Shown piece after piece: positions 53,301 through 64,000 of a stretch of DNA of 64,000 bases. This DNA is from Cenococcum geophilum (taxonomy: Eukaryota), in contig CP158636.1 of assembly GCA_050273025.1 (NCBI GenBank), positions 3,100,001-3,164,000 of the forward strand. The letters are read 5' to 3'. Position 1 is the stretch's first letter. Each line of letters begins with the position of its first letter. The notes under the pieces were generated by a model. It worked only from the letters and a program-made list of their open reading frames with translations. It was not told the origin of the DNA and searched no databases. A program made the position numbers and the translations under genes.

Positions 53301-56300
53301 TTCGCCTCTTACTTCTCTAGTCCTCTAATTGCTCCTTTAGATCTTTTAATATTATAATTAAGGCCCCCTTAATATAAGTTATAGCCTTCTCTATAATTAG
53401 GTAGTCTTAAATAACTTTTTCGTCTAACTATATATAGAAATCTTCCCACTTATTATTATGTCGTTGCCTATACTACTTTTAGTACAGCTATTTAAGTATA
53501 TATAGCTCGTCCGTAAGGAAATATTTCTTTATTACTATATTATAACAGCCTTTAGTATGTCATTCCTTAAACCTAGTAGGAATCCCTAGATCCTTTTCTT
53601 GTTCCAGTTTAGTAAACTACTTAGCTCTTAGTGTGCCTACTTTAGGCCTATTAGTAATCCTTTATACTAGCGCTTTGTCCTTTATACGTCCTAATATACT
53701 AAATCTCTTATCTAGTTTCTGTTCCTACCATAAGGTAATTCTTACCCTAAATTCCTCTATAGTTTCTTTTACGTCGCGTCTTATAAGTAGATCCTTAAAG
53801 TCTTTGTACTTCTTAATCTTAGTATTAGCTTTTTAATCTTTAGGCTAAATACTATATTCCCCTAGTAAGTCTTCTAGGTTTATATATCTATCTCCTAGTC
53901 TAATTACTATTTGTGCTACAGATTCTCTAATCTATAAAGAAGCTCCTTACCTCTTACTTATAGGTGTTCTAATTTACGCTCCGAATTCTTAACCCCTTAA
54001 ATTCTTTAATCCTAAGCTTGCTTTTAACTTAAGCTTAGCTCCAGCCTTAGTCTAACTAGGCTTTACTAGTGTCCTTATCTTATCTTAAGAGTCCTAAATC
54101 TTACTTATCTTGTCTTAAGAGTCTTATGCCGTTAGGAATTCTTATCCCGAGCTTATTTATATATCTTTAAACTAAGCTACTGCTCTACTTCATCGGTTTC
54201 TATCTATTATGGGTCTTTAAGCTTACCTTATCTCGTCTTAAGAATCTTAATTATTTCTTATCTTACTATAAGAATCTTAAGCCTTTAGCTTTTTGCCTTT
54301 ATTAAGTGGTAAGCTAGCACTAGCAGTTGTCTGCTTACTTAATTATCTCTAAATATTACTCCTTCTATCTTATAAAGTAATAGACGCCGTGTCTAATGGT
54401 GTTATAATACCCGTTACTAAACCTTACTCTATAGCGGTCTTAATCTCTACTTCTATTACATTATTAAGGTTTAGATACCCCTAGTTAGTTCCTTTACTAT
54501 TCTTATTACTATTAATTAATAAGTACTTTAACTCTATTATTATTGTTGCTAATTATTATCCGTACGTTGCTATAATATCTTAATCCAGCTCGTAGAGTTA
54601 ATTTTATTTTTTATCTAACTCTCTAGTTTCTTTAAGTTCTTTTAACTCTAGCTCTTATAGCTAATAGCTTGCACTATACTTAGCGTTTTTATAAATTTGG
54701 TATATATTATTATAATAAAACGTAAAACTTTTAATTAAACACTCTTTTGTTCCTTATAGTACACTATTATTCCTCTATATGTATGTATTACATACTATTA
54801 GTCTAATTCCCTTTATTATATAGTAACTCTAACTATCTTTATAATCCCTTGTAAAGTAACCCTATTTTCTATAATTTATATAAGCTCTGTCTCTAAACTA
54901 TTAACTTTGTTATAAAGTCCGCCTAAATATCTTCTGCTATTAAGATCCCTAGTTTAGCCTTTACTCCTTAGTCCAGTAATTACTAAATCCTTAACCTCTA
55001 GGTTTCTATAGTTTCTTACTCCATCTCTTATAGGCTTCTTTAGTACTACTTAGGTCCATTAGCTCTACGCTATACTATAGTTTTTAACTTAGCTTTAGTT
55101 ATTGCGTACTCTACGTCTTATACAACTATAAAACTCTATCCTAGCCTTTCTTAGCCTGTTCCCTTTAGAAGATCCTATTATTAATCTTAATCGCTTAATC
55201 TATTAATTCCCTTAGGGTATCCGCATCTTCTATTAAAATAATTATATCCTGGACTTTAGCCTTAAGTCCTTATTTATACTATGCTATAAGCGCCTTATTG
55301 TTCCATTTGACCTATATTATAAGTATTTAAAACTATATTATATACTTAATTGCTAAAGTTCGCTATATTAGGTCCTAAAGCTTTCTTTTTACTATAGTTA
55401 TTACTTCCGGGTCCCTAAATATCTATATTAATTATTCCGCGAATCCTACCTAGCTAAAAAACATAAATTGTACCTCTTAATTGGTAGTAGTTATTCCATT
55501 AGTCTATATTTCTGTTAAGTATGGTTTAAACTATTTAAGTGCCTAACCTATTAGGAATAGTCCTGCGTAGGTTATCTGGTCCATTATCGTGGCTAACTTG
55601 GCCCCTTTTTATATAACTTTAAAATGCATTTACGTTAGAAATCCTTTAAGCTTTAATCTTTCTCTTAAGAATCGTTTAATTAATAGTAACTTAACCTTTG
55701 CTACTCTAATTCCATTAAGTCTGTTTTTAAGTACTATATTGTTTTCTATTAATCAATCTACTATTTCTTATAATTGTCCTACTGTTATAGGTTATTGCGA
55801 GTTAGTGTCCACTATACTAGTGTCACCCCCTAACCTTAAAGTAGTTACTGCCGTTAATGGCGTTATAGTGGCTGCTTTTAGTAGCATGTTGTTTAACCTT
55901 CTATATTTAATACCGTAACTAGGTAGTAATTATATAACGGAACCTTATAGTAGGAACTACAATAGGTTCTGTTAATAGGTTAGGTGTATAGGAAATATAA
56001 AGATAGTAGTTAACAACGTAATAATAACTAGTGGAGTAGTTGCCTAATAGATTAACTCTAATTATATTCTAAGAATTACTATAAGGAAGGAACTATCTAG
56101 GTAGGGACTAAGGGTCCTTAAATACATAACTATACTCCTAAGAAATCCTTCTTATACGTGATATACGTATTATACATAAGGTACGTAAGTTCCCTTTATT
56201 CCTTGCGTTCCTTACATAGCACCTTATATAACCTCGGCTACTATTCCTCGTCACATGGTTCTACGGGTTCTATCCTAGACCGTGCTTATATTAACTAACT

Positions 56301-56358
56301 AGCTTCTTCCGACTCTTCTCTAAGTAGTCGTAATATCGTACTTAAAGCGTCCGTAATA
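47337..56358 (-). mobile_element. Gypsy copy D, inverted, inside the RT of B; LTRs 55933-56358 (5') and 47337-47762 (3')
   Basis: 426-bp LTRs, TSD GTTAT, PPT at 47763 onward, reverse complement of the family sequence. Confidence 0.95.
48732..49743 (-). mobile_element. 1-kb non-LTR retroposon insert E with a Tad-like 3' end, inside D
   Basis: 11-bp TSD TATACTATATA (48721-48731 and 49744-49754), TAA tail, and terminal ~60 nt similar to the LINE 3' end at 7497-7540. Confidence 0.82.
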
Positions 56359-59300
56359 GTTATGCAATTCGGGCTTATAAATATACTAGTAACGTTCTAG
56401 AAGCGTATTAACAATATATTAGGAGAATACTTAGATAAATTTATTATAGTATATCTTAACAATATTATTATCTACTTAATAACTAAGGAAGAATATAGAG
56501 AATACGTTAAATAGGTCTTAAAGAGACTATAAGAAGAATAGATACTAGTAGCAATTAAAAAATGCGAGTTCTTTACTAGGAAGACCAATTTCGTAGAATT
56601 TATTATTAAACTAGGCCAACTTAGCATAGATCTAAAAAAGATTAAGGCTATAGTAAATTAGTAAGAACTAAAGAACGTTACGTAATTAAGATTGTTTTTA
56701 GGGTTTTGCAATTACTATAAAAGGTTTATAGCATAGTAGTTAAAAGATATTAAGCTATTTACGCAATTAACAAAGAAAGAAAAACTATAGGTATAGGGAA
56801 AAGAGTAATAAGAGCTATTTAAGGAAGTTAAGCGGTTGTTTACCTAGGATCTAGTTCTTAAGATCTATTAACTAGGACTAGAGACGGTTATAAAGATAGA
56901 TATATTAGACTTTATACTAGGGGTATACTTTATATAAAAGTATCTAGATAGATAGCACCTAGTGGTATACTATAGTTAGAAGATAATACTACTAGAGTTA
57001 AACTATGACATTTATAATAAGGAGTTATTAGGTATAGTTATAGTACTAAAGGAATAAAGAGCATTCTTACAAGGCATAAAGAAACTATTTATAGTTAAGA
57101 CGGATTATAAGAACCTAATAGGATTTCTAATAATAAAGGAACTTAACTAAAGATAGGTTAGATAGGTAGAGATGCTTACAGAATACTATTTTAAGATTTA
57201 GTATACTAAGGGTATAGATAATATATAAGCAGATACGTTAAGTTAAAAAGCTAAACTATAAAACGATAAGAAGCTATTAGGGGCTTTACTACAAAAAAAC
57301 ACAGACGGATTAATCAGATATAATTATCCAAAAATTATAGTAACTTAAGAAGATAAACTAAAAGGAGTTTATAAGTTATTAGAAAGCTTTTAAGTATAAA
57401 GAATTCTAGAAGTATAGCTAGAAGATTTATAATTAGATATATATAAAAACCAAGAAGTAAAGTATATCCTAAAGAGCATAGCTGAGCAATTTATGGAGAA
57501 ATTCTATAGGGGATTAACTTAAGGACATAATAGAGCTACGAGCTTAGTATTAAGACTTTAGGAGGAATATATTATTAACGGAATCTAGAGGATAGCCAGA
57601 AAGGTTACTAAGGAATATTTAGATTACTAAAGGAATAAACTAATAAGATATAAGCCATATAGAGGGCTACAACCTATTAAAATACTAGAGAGACTATAGG
57701 AGGTTATATTATAGGACTTTATTATTAAGTTACTAAAGTTAAAAGATCCTATTACCGGACAAGACTATAACGCGATCTTAGTAATAGTAGATAAGCTTAC
57801 AAAGTGGGGATACTTTATAGTATATACGGAGGAGATATTAGCAGAAGATGTCGCTAGAATCTATATTAAGGAAGTATTCGCAAAATATAGAGCATTAAGT
57901 AAAATTATATTAGATAGAGATCTAAGATTTATAGCAGCATTTTAGAAGGTATTTTTGGCGGAATAAGAAGTTCGAGCAGTAACTTCTACCGCATATTACC
58001 CGCAGACAGATAATTAAACGGAAAGGTTAAATTAGACACTAAAGCAGTATCTAAGGCATTATATTAACCACGTATAGAATAATTAGGTATCGCTATTACT
58101 AGTTATATAGTTTATATACAATATAACACCTTAAGAAGGAATAGGTATGTTACTATTTAAGGCGAATTACGGATACGAGCTAAGAATATTGTTATCGCTA
58201 TAATAAGTAAAGAAAATAAGTAGTAGAGCTAAGTAAAGAATAGAGACTTTAATAAATCTTTATATAAACCTTATAGAAACAGCTAAGGAAGTATAATAAA
58301 GGATAAAAAGGTACTACGACGCTAAGAGATCTAAGGGACTAGATCTTAAGGAGGGAGATAAAGTATAGCTATTACATAAAAATTTCAAAAGTTAACGACT
58401 AAGCAAGAAGTTAGACTACGTTAGACTAGGACCTTTTAAAATTATATAAAGAATTTCACCAGTCACGTTTAAGTTAAACCTACTAGCTAAAATAAAGATC
58501 TACCCTATATAGCATATCGCGATACTAGAGCTAGTATATAGGAATATTAAGCCACTAGTCTACAAAGCAGATATATATAGAGGGCGAGAAGAAAACAAAT
58601 GGCAAGTTTTAAGGATCGTTAGTTATAAGGATGTTAATAATAAAATATAGTATAAGGTTAAGTGGATAGGCTATACTAAGACTACCTAGGAGTTACTAAA
58701 GAATTTAAAGAACGCTATAGGAAAGGTATAGGAGTATTAAAAGAAAATAGGTTAGGTAATATCGATAAAGAAGAATTACTAAAAAATGAGTTACCTAAGG
58801 GGGACCTAGGAAGAGCGACTGCCAAACTACTTAGAGTTATTCCCTTTATAGGAAGAGAGTTAGTTCTCTTATTACCAAGTTCCTAAAGACCTTATTCTAT
58901 AAGTTTCTACTCCTTAAAACGGACCTTCTTACGTACTTTCTTAAGACGAATTAACCGAGCGGATATAGCAAGACGAGACTTAAGGGCCCGTTGTTAAGTA
59001 TCGGCGGCCTCTTTCTTAGCGTCCTAGGAATAATAAAGTTCTACTAGTATAACCAAGAGCTTATTATTAAGCTTTATAGCAGCGGATTAAATATAAGACC
59101 CTATAATAGATTACTTAGGGAACTTAAAGACTATTAAGAGTTATAAGGCGCGTATATTTAGCGTTAGAAATAGAGCGAATATTATAAGATGATTAAATGT
59201 TTGCTTTAGTGTACTTTAAATAAGAGGATAGTTGCTAAGATAAAGGACTTGCTAGCGTAATATAAACTAACCCCTTTTTTATACAACGAGAACAAGAAGA

Positions 59301-61133
59301 CGGTATTATTTCACCCAGTAATAATATAGAGGTAACTATACACGCACAATAAAGGGTTAAAGAAGAAGAAATTACTTTAGGTATTATAAGTAACAATATT
59401 AACTAAATTAATTAGACGGATATTACACCTCTAGTAAACAACTTAGAGATGCTAAAAATCTTTAAGGATAAAGATAGAGAGAAGGGAGATAGTGTTACGG
59501 ACGCTTTAAGTACAATATTATAACTACTTAGAGAAGAGTTGGAAGAAGCTAGTTAGTTAATAAGAGTATAGTCTAGGATAGATCCGGTAGAGCTATATAA
59601 CAAGGAATAGTAACTAAGGTTATATAATATAATCTATATAATCTATAGGATCTATATAATCCGTAACAGAGTAGATAGAGCGCACGTATATTACGTATAA
59701 GAAGGATTTTATAGGAGTACAGTTATATATTTAAGGACCCTCAGTCCCTACCTAGATAGTTCCTTCCTTATAGTAATTCTTATAATATAATTAGAGTTAA
59801 TCTATTAGGCAACCACTCCACCAGTTATTATTTTCCGTTATTAACTACTGTCTTTGCATTTCCTATACACCTAGCCCATTAACAGAACCCACCGTAGTAC
59901 TTACTACAAGGTTCCGTTACATTTACCCTAAGGATATATAGAAGACGCTTATCAGATACGTTGTTATAGGCGCCACTAATATTTAGGCTAAGTATTAATA
60001 CTATAAAGTCCCTTTGTATCGCCCATATAGATTTAATAGTAGTAGTAAGTAGCGTAAGTGCTAATAGTGTTAAGCGGTTTTTTCCTGCCCCTATTTAGCT
60101 CTATAATAGTAGGGCGTATTCCTTAGCCGTGTTTACTATGCGGTCCGCTATTACCTTTTTTAAGATCTTACTAAGGGTGTTTTCTAAGGCAATAGGGCGA
60201 TAGCTTCCTAGGATTAAGTAATTTACTTTACCTTTTTTTTTATAGAATAACCGTCGTTATAAATCTTCTAAATTATAGGTAGTAGCCTATAGCGAAGTAT
60301 GCTCTAGCTATATCTATAAGCTAGGGTGCTATAAGTGGTCTATAGGTCTTTAGGGCCTTATTTAGAATCCTATTTAGACCTAGTACTATATTATTTAAAA
60401 GGCGGCTAATAGTTTTAGCCATTTCCTCTATTATTATGTCGCTGTTAACCCATAGGCAAGTTACCGGTGCTTTACCCGTAATATTATTAAGGTCTACTAG
60501 AGCTAGTTAGGGGAAGAACCTTTTTATAAGGATCTTTACCTTATTATTATTATTATTAGTGGCCTATAATTCCCCTACTCTTTATAGGGGTAGTAGGTAT
60601 AAGTCTTCTACTAGTTACTCTACCTTTTTCTTTACCTATTTTGCTATAGCCCACAGGCCCTTATTATAGGGGAGGCTTGGGTTAAAAGTATACTTATTTA
60701 TAAATTATCTCTAGTTATTCCTTACTTCTTTTTTTAGGGTATTCTTTAACTGGTTTTTTATATCTTTATATTGTCTCTTATCTTTAAGGTTATAGCTGCT
60801 TAAGTATTTCCTTCTTACTTATTATTAGCTAGCTATAAGAACCGCGTATTATACGGACTATATATATCGCGTATAGGGGCCCAGTCTTAAGAACGGGCAG
60901 TGCTCTTCTAGCCTATTTTTAATCGCTACCTAAATCCTTTTTAGTCTTTAGTTAATTTCCTTAGGGGTAGCTAATAAGCCTTACTTATTTAGTATTAAGT
61001 GGATTTCTTCTAGGTCTTAGAGTTGTTATTTAACTATATTAAGGAAACTATTTGCCTTAAATATCCTTATTATATATCTTTTGCTATTTAGTTACGCCTT
61101 AATATCTAAATCTAGCTATATCTAGATGGGGAT

Positions 61134-61382
61134 TGTCACGGAAGTAGGCACGAGCTGGAATACAATGTACTAAACAGGGTAGTAATTGAAGAAGGCTACG
61201 TACGCGTAACTATGCGTGGTTGATATAAAGACATTTGGATGAAGAAGAAGATTCTTTGTGTGCCAGGTTGGGTATAAATAGGGGTTGTAGGGGAACGTGC
61301 GTAGGTGTTTTGGGACGAACGTGAGCACGGGTCAAGAACGTTAAAACGCGCAGGGACGTGAGAGCGTGTGAGTCCCGTAACA
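61134..61382 (-). mobile_element. 249-bp solo LTR of a different family
   Basis: TG..CA ends with short inverted termini, TSD GGGAT, absent from LINE copy 1. Orientation inferred from similarity of the termini to the main family. Confidence 0.88.
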
Positions 61383-64000
61383 GGGATATAGTCTAAGGTA
61401 AGTGCCTATTCTTCTTTAGGGTTATACCTTTTAAGTCTCTAGTATAGGCCTTTGTCTATAAATATAAAGTTAATTATACTTTTAGCGGGTCCTTATTGCT
61501 ATATAATTGCTCTAGGGAGGGTAGCTAGCTTAAGGCCCTAGGTGTCTATAGCTTTTAGTAGGCACTCTACCTATTATTTAGTAGTAACGTAGATACCCCC
61601 CTATTACGGGTAGTAGAGGTTTATATCTCCTAATAGGATAAACTCTATACCTTTAGTTTTAAGTAAGCTTATTACTAATATAATATTCTCTATTTATAGG
61701 ACCCCTTTAACCCTAGGGTTATATATATTAATAATTTATACCAGTCCTCTATATATCTAGATTATTATAACTGTAATATTTAGATTAACTACCTGCTATA
61801 ACTATAAGGACAGGCTAATAGTCTTACTAATTATAAAGTATACGTATATGGCTGCTTTTAGTTTATATAGGAGCTAGAATCCTTAGGGGCAGTATATTAA
61901 TTATATATAGGTATTATAGTACGGCTCTTATATAGTAAGGATATAGTGTTTCTCTAGGTCTAGACTATCTAGTAAGGGCCTTACAAGATGGTGGTTTGTG
62001 TTGCTATAGTTATACTATATAATAGATAGGTGGCGGACCCCTGGCGAGGGTTCTTCGCCTCTTTATTATTTCTTACTTCTTCTATTTTTACTTTTTTTAG
62101 AATATTTAAAACTTCTATCTCTTATATCTATACCCTAGTTACTACTTATTTTATATAGAGCTTTCTATTTCTATATCTTATGTTCTTATTAGCGCTTTTA
62201 TATCTAAATCTGTTATTATCTCCAGTTCTTCCCCTATTCTTACTAGTTGGCTATATACCCTTTAAGAGTTGACTATAAATGTTATATTTACCGCGTTAAG
62301 TCTAATTCTTAACTATCCCGGTTTTAAGCTTGCTATAGCTGTCTATAAGGGTCTTCCTATAAGGCGTCCTCTCCCTTATATCCCTTGTAACCCTTATATC
62401 CCTATATAGTCTGGTAATATTACATAGTATTATTTCTAGCCCGTTAAGGCTTGGGATAGCTAGCCTAGCCCCCTAGTATTAAAGGTAAGAAACGCTAAAA
62501 AGGCACCTACGCCCCCTTAGCTTATTGCCTATTATTTCTATTTATATAACCTAGCGTGTAGTTATTCCTATAGTTATTAAGCCCTTACCTTCCGTCTCCT
62601 ATATTTAATACAGTCTTCTCTCTCCTACGCCTTATATATGCTTTAGTAGCAGTTTACGCATTTTATTTAGTTTTAATTTAAGCAGTGTCTTATATTATAG
62701 GGGCCTATATAGTAGCCGCAGTATACCTATACTGCGTATGTAGATTAGGTATACCCCTATTATATATAGCGATAATATTATTTTAGGCAGAGTCTGTAGT
62801 TATAGAGCCTTGCGTTATATATAAGGCCATTTATAATAATACCTTTTTAAATAAGGAGTTTTTGCATTCCTAGTGTATATATACTAATAATAAGGGAGCT
62901 ATACGTTTAACTAGCGTTTCCCTAGTAAGTCTCTAGCGACCCTTATATTCTTTTATTATTTTCGTTATATACTTAGTTTGCATTTTTCTATTAAAGCTAT
63001 TAGATTTAGGTAATCTTAAGTCCTAGTATAAGGCGTTCCGTTTGTTTTACTATCTTATATATAGTTACTATATTATCTACCTAGCGTCTCTTTTCTATCC
63101 TAAGGCTTAGGGGAACCGCTAGGACTTTAAGTGGGTAATCTTTATAAAGTACTTTTATGCCAATACGTTCTCCTAGCCTATCCCCTACCCTAATGGCTTA
63201 TTCCTTTACCTATTAGTCCCTTAAGGTAACTCTAATATCTCCGCTCCTAAGGTGTTAGACTATAATAGCATTATAAACCTCTTTATAAATCTTTATAAGG
63301 ACTTCTGTTTCTAATTATCCCCTAAGCCCCTTTACTTTTTCTATGCTTAGTTATATTATAATTATATATCCAGATATTGTCTTTAGGGGGGTAGGTTTCC
63401 TATACTATAGATGCGCAGCTACGGCAGCCTAGGTATAGTTTACCGGTAAAAAGGGGTTTTTATTTATTTTTAATTTTACTTAGCCGTTAGAGGATTTAAT
63501 TAAGGGTTTACTAGAGGGGCGTCTAAGGTTCGCTAAACTGGCGGAGCCATTCTACTAGCTATATTAGTTTGTTATAGCTAATAGTTACTCCCCTATAACT
63601 ATAAATACTAGACGCGTCTAATAGGCTTTATATTTTATTAGATGCCTTCTTAATAGAGGTCTTTCTGCTTTGTAGTGTGGTATTCGCCTATTCTTATTGT
63701 GGAGGGCTATTGCTAGGCGTGGTTTTGGTAGACGCGCGCAAGTGCGAACTACTATTGTTTAACGTATGCCTCCCCTGTAATATATGTATCTTAGGGGGAT
63801 TCTCTAGGTGTTTTTTAGGGTTCTTTTGGTTGGTTTTAGTCTTTTTGGGCCGGGTATAGCAAGAGCTCCAAAACTAGTAACTTTTAAAGGAATTATATAC
63901 TTTATCTATAAAGCAATTTACTAAATAGGCTATAATAAGACTACCTAGGAACTATTAAAGAACCTAAAAAACGCTATAAGAAAGGTAGAGAAGTATTAGA

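Larger units (their letters stand above)
34793..59921 (+). mobile_element. Gypsy copy B; 5' LTR split (34793-35070 + 43120-43270), 3' LTR 59493-59921; interrupted by C and D
   Basis: TSD TTTAC; both LTRs total 429 bp; gag ATG 43315; RT motif PLVMQFGL is split by D. Confidence 0.93.
24961..63921 (-). mobile_element. Tad1-like LINE copy 2, in four pieces: 24961-25750, 33704-34792, 59922-61133, 61383-63921
   Basis: Pieces are colinear with copy 1; 16-bp TSD; short TAA tail. Confidence 0.92.
24570..64000 (+). mobile_element. Outermost gypsy remnant F (integrase C-terminus/chromodomain): 24570-24960, resuming at 63922 and running off the window
   Basis: Matches family sequence AAGAGATCTAAGGGACTAGATCTTAAGGAGGG (cf. 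32129) with deletions. The chromodomain is split at TAAATAGGCTATAATA, duplicated at 24945-24960 and 63922-63937. Confidence 0.82.

Noticed and set aside
28196..53836. Four near-identical 67-aa hydrophobic ORFs (28196, 37588, 45364, 53633)
   Set aside because: Antisense to gag in each gypsy copy; hydrophobicity reflects T-rich RIPed sequence.
23359..64000. Starship-like giant element inserted into a 5'-truncated tRNA
   Set aside because: The apparently missing 5' end of the tRNA lies only 47 nt away, and no tyrosine recombinase gene is visible.

Overview
Fungal (filamentous ascomycete, inferred) genomic DNA with two compartments. Bases 1-24.5 kb hold intron-containing host genes: a proline-rich protein, HGH1, an MFS transporter, a BTB-like protein and a small membrane protein. 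They are interrupted by a pogo/Fot1-type TIR transposon that carries a nested Tad1-like LINE. Bases 24.6-64 kb form a RIP-mutated (C>T/G>A, TpA-rich) nest that target-site duplications (TSDs) resolve almost completely. An old gypsy remnant contains a LINE, which contains gypsy copies A and B and a solo LTR. B contains copies C and D, and D contains a 1-kb LINE-tailed insert. The most unusual object is at the boundary: a minus-strand tRNA-Ser(UGA) gene (23281-23419) with a canonical 11-nt anticodon-loop intron plus a 47-nt GT...AG, spliceosomal-looking insertion in the D-loop. Removing both gives a fully paired 81-nt tRNA. The gypsy family also carries an antisense six-cysteine/coiled-coil gene, a very long gag with three extra Cys/His motifs, and an apparent self-priming PBS. 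All calls come from reading the sequence by eye; no searches were run.
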